DNA from: Flaccisagitta enflata
Lineage: Eukaryota
Direction: 5' to 3'
DNA length: 64,000 bases
Assembly (NCBI GenBank): GCA_965153355.1
Contig: OZ231126.1
Span: forward strand, 40,672,001-40,736,000
Shown: positions 23,782-36,830 of the stretch, piece by piece
Numbering within the stretch: position 1 is the stretch's first letter
Layout: each line of letters begins with the position of its first letter
Translations under genes and position numbers: made by a program
The notes under the pieces: generated by a model
What the model was told of the DNA's origin: nothing
Seen by the model: only the letters and a program-made list of their open reading frames with translations
Database searches by the model: none

Positions 23782-24708
23782 ACTCATAAGCTTTAAAGAG
23801 ATTGTACAGCAGACTGCCTAGAGTTGAGAAAACGGGGACAAGCATAATATAAAAAAAATGAAGCTAAAAGAAAAAAAATTTAGAATTAAGAGTAACAATA
23901 GCATACCATAGAAATACATTCCTATGTACTATTGCTAAAATATCTTGAACAAAAAATATGCCAAATTATTTTTCAAAATTAGATTTGCTATCATTTTTCT
24001 TATATTCTGTAAGAATATTGTTTGTTTGGATAATGTTGGAGAGTGTCCCTTGAAGCTGTATAATGATATTGTTATATTTTCCTAACTTTATTTAAAATAT
24101 CATTTCTCTATTTTCATTTGTTTTTCTATCATACTTGCCCCCATTACCTCAAGTCAAGACAGAATCTATAGTATGCTTTATTTATAACAACATAATAACA
24201 TCAACTTTGGAAGACCGCTGCTCCTAAACCAATTGAGTTGCAGAATTTGATTTGAGCCCATTGTAAAGAACTCTGTCTATTCTTTAAAAGCCCAAGTTGA
24301 GGTCAGTTGCTCAATTTGTTTAGAAGATATAGGTCTACAAAGAGGGGGGCTAAGGCTTCTTGTTTCAAAAGAAGCACCAACTTTGGAAGACTGTTGCTCC
24401 TAAACGAATTGAGCTAAAGACTTCAATTTGGGCTCATTTTAAAGAGCTTCGTCTTCTCCTTAAAATGAGCCCAAGTTGAGGTCAGTAGCTCAATTCGTTT
24501 GGGAGCTATGAGCTTTTAAAGCAACCCTTTCAAATGAAAATTGTTGGAAACACCACCATCTCTCAATTTTAGGGGGGGGGGTGGCGGGTATGAGCCAAAT
24601 TTATCCAATCACCACCAAATTTGGTAGTTTTCATCTATGATGGAAATGGTCTTATTTTCTCCGCGGGCGTCATGAGTTTTGAAAATGACACCCCTTTAAG
24701 CCACGCTA
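22372..24708. mobile_element. Non-autonomous hAT element with long inverted arms
   Basis: TAGGGTGGCTTAAAG ... CTTTAAGCCACGCTA termini, perfect 8-bp TSD CTAAGGAG, ~300-bp inverted arms, no transposase. Confidence 0.92.
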
Positions 24709-26866
24709 CTAAGGAGTTAAAAAATCAAAATGTGAGAAAGGAAGAATAGGAATGAGAAAATGAAAAAAAAGATAATGAATTCAATTGTTGAAGAAATTAG
24801 AATTCATTGATGTGAAGGAGAGACAAAGTTAATTTTGATTTCTGAACCAGAAATATGAAAATCCAGGTGAAATTATTATTTCATCGAGTCATCACTACCC
24901 GATTATTTTTTTCCTTTCTCTTTTCGAGCGGCATTGGTTTTATACCATTACCCTTGTCCCTTACAAAGTGAGAAATAATGCTTTGGGTCTGGACTTTAGG
25001 GGGCGGGGGGGGGGGGAGAATGGATGAGGAAAAGAGAAGAAGTAAAAACGTTTACCCTTTAAGAAAGCAACGGTAATCGGCTCCTGTCGGGCCGCTGCCC
25101 AGTACCCAAACGAGCAATCTCGAGATTTGTGTTTTCCCTCTGAGGACCATAAGGACCATGGAGGAGTTAATCCAATATGAAACGCAGTGTTCTGTGACGT
25201 GCTAAGAGCAACTTGCACTACAGAGAAGCGGCGATGCGACGAACCGGGAAAGGGGGAAAAGAAAATTACGCATGCTGGTTCCTGAAACCTGAGACATGGA
25301 CAGAGAAGCAACGGGAAATAGAAACGGGGTAAAGAAAACTTCTCTTGCTTCGTTTTCACATCGCGTGGGTCTCAAAAAGAAACTCTTAAGAGCCTCCATC
25401 AGCAGAAGTACCCTGCGGGTCCCTCAAGGGGATCGCATATGAAAAGCCTACAAGAAATGGCTTAAATGATTAAATTAAGCTACAAAGAGTCGTCCATACA
25501 AATCGTAAACAGGTAAAGGAAATCATTCAGACTGACTGATTCCTGAGGCAATGGGTCAAATGTCCATTACGAGAACAAGGATTAGTTATGTCTCTAAAGC
25601 GTTAGCCATCCGGAGTTTCATTTGCGGCATACTTCACGGACAGCACACAGGCTAAAGTTTCACATTCTAAACTTTCCTGGCGTTTGCTTACAACATACCT
25701 GACAGCGCAATGTTGTGCATTGTTTAAATTGTTATTCAACCAAGCGTTGATTTGTCGTTGATCGAAATTCACGCCTGCGTCATTCTTGCTTGTTTTTTTA
25801 CGGTCGCGGTTTAGATTGTTTTTGTTTATTCGCGCGCAATTCTTTGGTTGTGTTCCCATTTGAGGGATATCATTTCCTTCATTGTTCAATTGTTCATTGT
25901 TCATTGTTCATTGTTCATTGTTCATTGTTCATTATTCAACTGTTGCGTGCACGTGAAGTTTTAAAAATTAATCTGGTTGTGTTCCCATTTGAGGGATATT
26001 ATTTGCTTCAATTGTTGCGTGCTTGTGATTATGTAGTCTACACTCATTGGTCGCTCTTTCATTTGAAAGAGATGTTTCATTCAAGTGAACAGAGAAGGAA
26101 AAACTTTAAATGTACTTCATCACTTCAATGTTACATACCATATGATAGCTTACATTGAACAGATCTCTGGAAAAGAACATCGGCAAAAGTGTCAGATTTG
26201 GTCATTTGGATGAGCTGGCCAAGTTTTTTTTTTTTTTGGTGAAAATGCGTACTAAAGCAATTTCACGCAGGGAATGAGTTAAACTGCGTAGAATACAAAA
26301 TGTAAAACGCCATAATCTGAACAGCCGAGCATATTTGCTTTGTGACTGTTGTGAGCGAAATGAGCAACTATATAGGACGCAGAGGAAGTGGGTTCTCCGT
26401 GGAAAGAAAGCGTTCCTATTTTCCTTGTTTCGGTTTCCAATCGGTTGTTGTTGTGCTTCGGAACTTTTTATTGCAACTTTCTCTTTCCGCCACACCTTTC
26501 TATTTCTATCTTCTACGTCGCTACCTTTGTCTCATCCACCTTTATTTTCTATGTCGTTATCCTTGTCTCTAATGCTTTTATTATGTGTCTCTTTATCCCC
26601 TTCTCATTCCCTTTGATTTTCTATGTCTCAATCTTTGCCTCATTTTCCTGTAAATCTCATGTCTCATTCCTTGTCTCATCTGTCATCAGTATTTCTTATG
26701 TCTCTCTCTTTTTCTCCCCCAATATCTGAAATGGATTAAACTTTTTACCTCCACCCAGGAGTGTTGATTCAATGTTGATTTTTCTTTACACATTCAACTT
26801 TGCCAATAACAATGAGGTTTCTCGATTCACGTGATTTGAATAGTCTGTCTTTGTGGAAAGATGATA

Positions 26867-27185
26867 ATTCATGATTCATGATTCATGATTCATGATTCAT
26901 GATTCATGATTTGTGATTCATGATTCGTGATTCGTGATTCGTGATTTGTGATTTGTGATTTGTGATTTGTGATTTGTGATTCGTGATTCGTGATTCATGA
27001 TTCATGATTCATGACTCATGATTCATAATTCATAATTTGTGATTCATGATTCATGATTCGTGATTCGTGATTCATGATTCATAATTCATAATTCAAGATT
27101 CAAGATTCGTGATTCGTGATTCGTGATTCATGATTCATGATTCATGATTCATGATGCATGATGCATGATGCATGATATTCAAGAT
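26867..27185. repeat. 7-bp tandem array ATTCATG/ATTCGTG/ATTTGTG
   Basis: Directly visible; variants cluster in blocks. Confidence 0.97.
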
Positions 27186-28002
27186 TCAGAGCTGCAAATG
27201 TCATGAACTTAATACAATATTAGGATCAGATAGCTCAGCAAGATCGGGGATACCATTTACCTGGTACTCTTTCTTGTCAGTAGCACTTTACACAAATGAC
27301 AAAAGATTATGAACTTTTTTGAATGATGTGATATTACCATTAATAGGTCTTATGGGATGGTCTTAGTTACGTTCTTGAATATCCGGATTTAACGCCATCA
27401 GTGCTCAAAAGTCTTTCATCCGTGTGCTGGTTTAGGTTTGAGTTGAAATATTGTCCATCTCCTACAGAAATCACCATCTAATTTCTAAATGGCAGTAGCA
27501 TTAATTTTTTCCATGAAGCATCCTAATATTGACATCCAATGCCTCGTAGTTGCCTCGTAGTTGCCTCGTTACCACGCAAATGACTTACGAGTCACGATAT
27601 CAGAGAATTAACATATTATATGACACAGTTAGTGATTGAATCACACTGAGTTTCTACATTCTTATCAATTACATAATCTTGCTTCCCTGTGTAAGCATGA
27701 AATGTATTGGATTAGAATTAATCAAACGGTTTTAAATGAATAGTACAAAACCAAATTTCTGCGATCCCATTTCTAAAGGCTGTTTATGATAGAATGTTTG
27801 TAGACTGATAAAGATATTATAAGCTTGTTTGTTCAATATTTCATCAAAAGTCGTATTTCTCAGCTCTGATTCGTCCTCTCTTATTTTCTCTCATTTTCTC
27901 TCTGTCTCGCTCTTTTTTTCTTTCTCTATCTCTGTATCATTCTATATCTTTCTCATTATGTATGTCAGAGATTGCGTCTTGGTCTCCGTGCCTTGCTGTC
28001 TA

Positions 28003-28455
<453 letters not shown>

Positions 28456-28516
28456 GCGCACGTACCCGCGCCCTCAGACTTCCGCCTGAGACGTGGACGA
28501 CGACAAAGGACAACGA

Positions 28517-28547
<31 letters not shown>

Positions 28548-28911
28548 AACGATGACGACGACGCAGCGATGACGACGACGAAGAAGAAAATGAAGTAAAA
28601 AACAGACCAAATCAGAAAGAAGAAACTAAAATAAGTATTCCTCCGAGATCGGACCATAAAATCTCTCAATGGAATCATTTGTTGTTTACCATCTGAATGG
28701 ATAAAATACAAGTGCAAAGAAAAGGAAAAATGCAAGCGTCAAAAAATAATGAAAAAAAAAGTTAAAAAAAAGTTTTTAAAAAGTTAGAAAGTAAGAGAGA
28801 TTTGAGAAGGAATGCGATAGAAAAATTTAATGATAAAAAAAAGAAAGATTGAATGATTGAAAGAAAAGAGAAGAAAGATGGGAAGATGGAAAGTGAAAAA
28901 GAAAAACAAAA

Positions 28912-28994
28912 GGAAAGAAAGACAGAAAGAAAGAAAGAAAGAAAAAAAGAAAGAAAGAAAGAAAGAAAGAAAGGAAGAAAGAAAGAAAGAACGA

Positions 28995-29066
<72 letters not shown>
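28912..29066. repeat. (AAAG)n microsatellite
   Basis: Directly visible. Confidence 0.97.
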
Positions 29067-29067
<1 letters not shown>

Positions 29068-30045
29068 CGAATGAACGAACGAACGCGAAAAAAAAGATAG
29101 GACGTGTGGTAATTGAACTTTTGAATAAGAACCGAAAAAAGGATATGTAAATCACGATCCAGCTGCAAGCGCTTTGACGGATGATTTTCATGCCCCAACT
29201 GGATAACACACACACAATGGAGTTTTAAAAGGAAAGAAAAAAAATCAAATCTTTATTCCATCTCAGCTCCTTCTGCTATCTGTGGCGCAAAAAAAAGGTC
29301 ATTTTTACAACGCCTCTCACATAAATATTCAAACGAACATTCCATTAGAATTCATATGATTTTAGATCATATTTCAAAGGGTCTCATCGATTTAACATGC
29401 ATTTCATGCGATACCTTTTTTTCTGAATTTCACATCAACTCGACCATTTTTACCCTAGTTACAGCTGTTTGAAGCTACAATGAGTGTCTGCTTAAACGTG
29501 ATCACTGTTACATTGCTGTTCATCAATACTCTTGACCGCTTATCTAGCGACTCTCATGTAGCCCTACTACGGAGAAAAGTAACTATTTGCTCAATTCTTA
29601 TTTTGCTTCATGCTGTCTTTTGCTCATTAGTAACTTTTCTGGCGTATAGGTTGATCTTTTGTTCCGTCCGTTGGTCCATTGGTAGATCAGTCGGACCCAC
29701 TAAAACTGAAATATCGCAGTTAACGTTAAACAGTATTCGAAAGACTCATTTCCTTTGGTGATAATCTAATTGTTCTTATGTTTTGATTTCACAAGAATTA
29801 CTACTTCGAGCCCTGCTGTACAAACACCCAATTATGTTTTATTGTCTTATGACCTCATTGAGACAATGAACTGAGAAAACGGAGAAAACATTTTCTATAT
29901 AAACACAATTTTCTTCATCTAGCTAATCAAGATTCATCCCGCTTCCTGAACTCTCTCAAAGTTTTCTTTCCGCCGAGTTTTTATCTTTGAATTGTCATCG
30001 TTTATCTTTCTCGTGTTTTGTCTGTCTGTCTGTCTGTCTGTCTGT

Positions 30046-30126
<81 letters not shown>

Positions 30127-30230
30127 TACTCTCTCATGAATGTTCCCAGCCACTTTGGGTCGTTTTCCCTCATTCATCTTCAGCATCCAGAAGTAAACAC
30201 ATTTCTGTTAAGTTAAGCACTGTCCTCATT

Positions 30231-30427
30231 TTTAGTCGCGTGCTACGCGACTCTACACCCCGCTTTGTCGGTCGGTCGGTCGGTCGGTCGGTTGGTCTGT
30301 CACACTTTACTTTTTTATGTTTTTTTTTTCCTTTGACCGCACTGCTCCTGTCCAAATGCTCTGGTGACCTCAAAATGGCCCCTGCCCACCCGCACGCGAC
30401 TGGGGTAGCCGTGTATCCGGCCTTGTT
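30231..30427 (+). mobile_element. HINE family A, best-preserved copy
   Basis: 5' AGTCGCGTG subTIR with adjacent ACGCGACT, (GTCG)n, 3' CACGCGACT subTIR, GCCG-TGTATC-CGGC stem-loop, CTTGTT end: DINE-1/HINE architecture. Confidence 0.88.
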
Positions 30428-31257
30428 ATCCAACAGACGACAGCTTTACCTGCTAAGCATCATCCGAAATGTCTTTTTGTATCCAACGATTGACCCCCAT
30501 GCCCCATCATCCGTTGTTAGTCGCGTGTATAACCTGACTATACAACCTGCTATGTTCAACTGTCTTTTGGTCGAGTGGTTGGTTGGTTGGTCGGTCGGTC
30601 GGTCCGTCAGTCGGTCGGTATCAGTTTGCCTTTTTGGGTATTCATGGGCAGATTTCGCATCAATGCCCCTGCTCAAATGGTTGATTAGCCCTATAGTATA
30701 GTATTGGGTAGGCCAGCAGATTTTCAGCGTGGTCACAAAATCTTTTTATTCCAACGGAATCCCAAGTGTTTTTGTCTCAATTTTCCAAATTTGAAAGAAT
30801 TATCAAAATCCGTTCACTCAATCAAAAGTTATGACCAAATACTGTTCCCAATCCCAACCGGAAACTTGGGACCAGGTCCGAACCCAATTTGTTAAGACTT
30901 CGCGGCCGCGCGCGGATGAATACAGAGGGAGCGTTCTCCTCTTAAAAAAATGAGCTTACCGTACTCGAGCAAAAGCTGCACGTAGCAAAAAATAATGCCA
31001 GGGAAGGTTTCCAACCTATAACTTACCGAATGTTACCTACTAGGTTAGCGACAACAAATCAAATGTCATTCCACGCGTTCAGCAGGACCCTTCTTAGTTG
31101 CGGACACGCAACTGTACTTTGTCTGTCTTTGTCTGTCCGTCCGAGACGGGGTAAGACACCCTTTATCACGTAGAGATAGATAGACGTAGACAGAATGAGA
31201 AACGATACACGCAAGCGCGCGCAAGAGAAAGAGAGCGAGAGAGCGAGAGAGAGAGAG

Positions 31258-31337
<80 letters not shown>

Positions 31338-31715
31338 TGATGTGCGCGTTCATGTAGTGATCCTGTCGCTTTCAAAAACTAGGTTGAAAACACATTTAAG
31401 TGGCAATCCTACCAATGCAAATGTTTGGCCCATCTCTCTCCCTGAAACTACAGTTGTACTCCGCAATAATGGATGTCAAAAAAACACCAAATTTTTTTAT
31501 CATAGGCAAATTACTAAAAATACCAAAACAACAGAAAAAAATTTTGTAAAAGAATGTAAACATTTATTTGATTAAATTTTTATTCCTCCTAGATATGTAA
31601 TAGCGGAGTATAACTGTAGATTAAAAGGTTTGTCAACATTGCCCAGTGAGCACTGCCTCATTTCCTGGGTGAAAAACTGGGTAAAAAAACTTGGCGGTCA
31701 TATTGTTTGAAGACT

Positions 31716-32487
31716 AATCAGGAAAAAAGTCGAAGTCAGTCTTCGACTTTTTGACACATTTGAGAGAAACAAGGTTTTCATTTTCTTATATGAAAGTTGA
31801 GGATGTCGATCGAGCGATTGAGGCCCCTAATAAAATTGATAGGATAAGGAAATTTGATAATTCTCTTTCATTTGGCACCAAGCAGAATTCTCTAAGACAA
31901 ATATTTTTGGCGTTATGATTTTTTGAAGATTTATTTACAAAAAATTCTAATTGATTTTGTATCAATTTTTTATGCTTTTATGTAGAATCAATAAAAGAGT
32001 GTATCTTTATTTGTTTAAGCATGCAAATAAAGAAAACATGTTTATGAGCATAGCTGCTCAACTGTGAAGGTGTTTTTTAGTATTCTAGCTCATCTAGCTT
32101 ATTTAGCTCAGTTTTTTTTTTTTAAATTGATAAAGAAAGAAATGATTTGACCCATTTTAAAGCATGCAAATACAAGAAAGCACGTCAGTGTCGTCAGTGA
32201 GCATAGCTGCTCATCTGTGCGGGTATTTTTAAGTATTTTAGCTCATTTAGCTCATTTAGCTCAATCTTTTTTTCTGATTTGAAATGAGATAAATGTTTTG
32301 ATAAAAGCATGCAAATACAAGAAAGCATGTCAGTGAGCTTAGCTGGTCATCTGGTTGAAAGATTTTAGCTGTCCTATTTTTTGTTGATTTTGAAAAAAAT
32401 GCAATAACTGAAGACAAAAACTTGGTGAAAAGTGACCAGCGCTTTCGACTTTTTTCCTCACGGCGACAGCCGCCATTACTAGTATTG
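31716..32487 (+). mobile_element. HINE family C (~770 bp)
   Basis: 5' GGAAAAAAGTCG subTIR with adjacent CGACTTTTT; 3' CGACTTTTTTCC subTIR, GGCG-ACAGC-CGCC stem-loop, ATTACTAGT end. Confidence 0.8.
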
Positions 32488-32542
32488 TTAAAAATTCATT
32501 CTTTTAACATGTCAAATATTCAAGTAGATGTTGACAAAATCT

Positions 32543-32985
32543 AACAAGGCCGGATACAAGGCAATCCAGTCGCAGACGGTTGGGCAGGAGTAGTAATGCG
32601 AAAACCGCTCGTAATTCAAAAATGATACTTACTTACCTACCGACCGACACGGCAAGTTCTAGAGTCGCGTGTCCGCGACTAAAAACAATCTCATCTTCCT
32701 GACTAATCAAGCTCCTCCTTTGCTGACTTCAGTTATCAAATCAAGGCCGGATACATGGCTTCCCCAGTCGCATGCGGGTGGGCAGGGGCCGTAATTGAGC
32801 TTGGTAACTTGGATCATTTGGGCAGGGGCTGTAATTAAGGTCAATTGATCATTTGGGCAAGGACATTGAGGCCAGAGACCGCTAAAAAAAGTTTTAGTAT
32901 GACAGACTGACCAACAGACAGATGGACCGACGGCAGCGGACGAATAGACTGATAAAGCTGGGCGTAGAGTCTTGTAGCAACTAAA
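32543..32985 (-). mobile_element. Two adjacent HINE family A copies (32543-32683 and about 32740-32985)
   Basis: Each starts CAAGGCCGGATACA and ends AGAGTC...ACTAAAA. Confidence 0.75.
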
Positions 32986-35900
32986 ACTTAAGAAATATCC
33001 CTAACACTGATTCTTACTAACGGTGAACAAAACTATCATGACATTCATTTTGCAATTGAAATAATCCGAACTGAAAAATAATCTTTTATTTGTCACAGAG
33101 ACAGTGCATACGTTGCATACATCAATTCACTACGTACTATGATTGATGGAAGATAAAGAATATAAAATCTATTGCAAAGTTTTTACCGGGATAACCCAAT
33201 CAGTCAAAACAAGAAATTAAAGAATACTTTTGAAAAAGTGGTGTGACGGTGTTTGGCTGCCCAGTTATCAAGGCTTAACTCTGTCAATACCGTGAAATCA
33301 TGGCATTTTCTCCAATTATCACTGTTGGCGCAAAAGAAATTCATATGTCTAAATACCACTTTACCCAAGGTTTTGTAGTAAAATAGTTCTAATTAGATCG
33401 TTCCGAAGCTGGCGAGGGAGGGGGGGAGGAAATTCCATCTCTTGCTGCTATCCACTTAGCCTTGGGGCACTGAGGATGTTGAAAACGTGCGTCCCCGGAC
33501 TGTCAGAAACAAGCTCATATGCGCCTTTGACATGTGTTACTCCCACAGTTAAGTGCCGTTTAAGTTCCTAGCATTGCGCAAACGCCGTGCAAGAGGGCGC
33601 CGATTCACGTGTTAGGTCGTCCACTGCCGAACAGCTGAGTAACTGAAAGTAAAACATATATTAAAGATAATATTTCTAACAACTCTCTGATTAGTAGTCT
33701 TGACTTTGTTGAGCCGTCTACCAGTTAACCCCGCAATTGGTAGCATAACATAACATTGCATGTAACAAGGATCAGCATTGTATTAGACGTGATGTTAGGG
33801 ACTGCTGCAAGCCCTGCTGTAGGACACAAATATAATTGGGACACAAATGCAAAAAAGAAACGAATTATTAATATTATATCATTTATTTATAAGTTATATT
33901 TCTATTGAATCACTGAAAAGATAGATTAATAACGTATTTACAAATAAAAAATTGGTACATTAGTAAGATAAGTTTGTTATTAGTTTAATTCAATAACAAG
34001 TTAGAATATCATTTAAATACAAGTTTCATGAATAAGTTAGGACACAAAATTATTTTGCAGTCCCAATAATTTTAGTTTGTAAGGAAAAAAAAAGTAATCC
34101 ATAAAAAAACTACATATGCTATCATGTCGTGCTTGCAAAAACTAGGGGGGGGGCGAATTTTTGGGTTGTATAGGGGCCTGAAATTTCTCTGCCGGCCCTG
34201 CACCCATGTATAGGACATGGCTTTTGTGTTGTTTACCTTGGACCAGCCTTGATTGAATGCTTGATTTGGTTTGACATTTCCCGATGCGACGTAACAAAAA
34301 TTCGTAATCCGGTTCAACCTTGATGAGAACATCGATTTTGACCTGACAATATAGGAAAGAGAATGCTAAAGTTAATCATCAGAACAAGCATAATTGTACT
34401 TAACATGTTGTATACGCCATTCTTATAGAGGTGCAACAGACTGACATACATATGGATGGATGGACAGGAAGGAACAACGGACCGACCCTCTTACAGAGAT
34501 GCTATGATGCATCAAAACACAATCTTCAGAATCCCCTGACTATTGAACAGTAAAACCTTTTGTTAACGGACTTATACCACATAAAAGAAATATATATATG
34601 CAAATATATATATATATATATATGTATATAACACTCCAGGGGAGGGATGCAGGGAGCACCTATATTTCAAATTCCTGAAAACTAACTTTTGACAGAAAAA
34701 AAAATTTTAATCATTAAAAATAAGTAATTTTGATCTATTTCAATAGATACATAGAATAATGCAAAATAAATCATTTTAGTTTTACAAATATAGTATCTTA
34801 AAAAACCAGATACACAGCTATATCTCATTGCGTGCGACTGAGCAGGAATTATATTTGATATCCGTAGACCATTTATGCAGGAGCAGTGGGGTCAAAGAAC
34901 AATAATGTCAACAAACCTTGGTCACATAGTATTGCAAGTAACAAAGATAATAAAGATGATAATTTGAAATGCCTATATCTTACTTTAATTACCTATAATC
35001 ACTTTTAACTACCTGTAATCACCTTTTATTATATAAGTTTACTTTTAATAGCCTATAATTATCTATTATGATTTATGATTACATTAAATTTCATAATGAC
35101 TTTTATTCATCTTTCAATCACCTAAAATTATCTTTAAATGATTGAAAAATTAGTATAGAATTGATCTGATTACTGACAGATTAACCGACAAACAAATTCT
35201 AAAATTGCATTCACATAATTAAAAAACATAATTAAGATAAATATATGACAAATTGAAAAACAGACAGATAGACAAAGCAAGGTATACATACATAACACGC
35301 AATTATTAATCTATTTTTTGTCAAGTTTATTTATAATAAAATATTTTTAATTCTTAAAATCTTTTTAAACAGTCATCAATGAAAAAGAATAATACAACCT
35401 CACAGTAATTTTAGCCATAAAAAAAGAATATATAGCTAAATACCCAACCTTGTTTCTAAGTTGAATTTAATGAGAGCGCATCAACTAAAAAAATCCATAT
35501 TTGCCCATACAAAGTAAAATTAATAGTTAATAAAAAAAAATCAATATAAAATTCTTTTTATTTCTATATTGGTATTTAAATATTTCAAATAAATAATTTT
35601 GCTTAATCTTTTTATAAGAAATAAACTCAACTTTTATAATTATTTCTTATTTTCAAAATTAATTTACAAAGAAATTATTTAACCATTGTTTGATGCCTGC
35701 ACACCCCCTCTGCAATGGTCCCTGACTTCTTTGCTTATTTGTTCACACCGTCCAATCATCAAGCTTATCTCAACCTATATGTAAGACTACAATACGCGCT
35801 CATGTACAAACGAAACACGGAAAATTCCAAAGGACAGGTCACATTACCTCTTTGCTTTGATCATCTTGTTTCGCTCCAGTTTATTGCCGCGGGAAGAAAG

Positions 35901-36209
35901 TTTCGTCATCGGCAAGCATGTAGAAGAGGACCTCACCCTTACCCCATAAATTACCCTTTGCCATAAGCTAGCCATTCGCCGTAGACGCGCCCTGGCACGA
36001 TAGCACTCTTAACCTTAGATGGACCACCACCCCCAAAACCACCTCTACCCTGAACCTTACTTCCACCCCTAAACGCACCCCTCACTAAAATTAAAAACTC
36101 ACGCCTGCCCTCAAACTCAACCGCAATTCGTATGCATACCTCTAAACCTAGAGTTAAGCCAAACCTCACGCCCAAATGTAAAGTTACGTGAAGCAAGGAC
36201 TAATATTTA

Positions 36210-36830
36210 GGTCTACGTGTAGGAGAGGACCGGACTAGAGCGATGTCTTTCGTTTTTGTTTTCAGCCGAGTCTCGGCCTCTCTCAACTATTTCTCACTCA
36301 CGCTTCTACTTCTTACGTCAAGTTATTGATTTCTTGTTGATTTATGTTGATTTATCGATGATTCTTTGATTTCGGGTTAAGGGTGGGTTTAGGGGTAGGG
36401 GTGGGCTTAGGGGTAGGGGTGGGTTTAGGGGTAGGGGTGGGTTTAGGGGTAGGGGTTGGTTTAGGGTTAGGGGTAGGTTTAGGGTTAGGGGTAGGGTAGG
36501 TGGGTTTAGGGTTAGGTTAGTATTTAGGGTTAGTGGGGTTTAGGGTGGGGTGTGTTTAGGTTAGGGGTTGGTTTAGGTAGGGGTGGTTTAGGGCAGGTTT
36601 AGGGTAGTGGGTTTAGGGTAGGGGTGGGTTTTGGGTTAGGTTAGGTGGGTTTAGGGTTAGGGTGGGTTTAGGTAGGGTGGGTTTAGGGTAGGGTTGGTTT
36701 AGGGGTAGGGGTGGGTTTAGGGGTAGGGGTAGGTTTAGGGGTAGGGGTGGGTGTAGGGGTAGGGGTTTGGTAAGGGTTGTGAAAGCGAATTGCCACTAAA
36801 AAAAGTCCGGTCCTCTCCTACACGTAAGCC
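36210..36830. mobile_element. Non-autonomous TIR element (GG termini, 8-bp TSD; Merlin- or Mutator-like) carrying a telomere-like G-rich array
   Basis: 27-bp TIRs GGTCTACGTGTAGGAGAGGACCGGACT / AGTCCGGTCCTCTCCTACACGTAAGCC; perfect TSD AATATTTA; GGGTTTAGGGGTAGGGGT repeats at 36374-36778. Confidence 0.88.

Noticed and set aside
30231-30427. tRNA-derived SINE interpretation of family A
   Set aside because: No A/B boxes, cloverleaf or TSD seen; subTIR plus hairpin layout fits HINE better.
34637-35712. Possible hAT element with CAGGGG...CCTCTG ends
   Set aside because: TIR match is weak and flanking 8-mers do not form a TSD.
36374-36778. True telomere or chromosome-fusion scar
   Set aside because: Irregular units enclosed by TIRs and a TSD, so it is transposon cargo.
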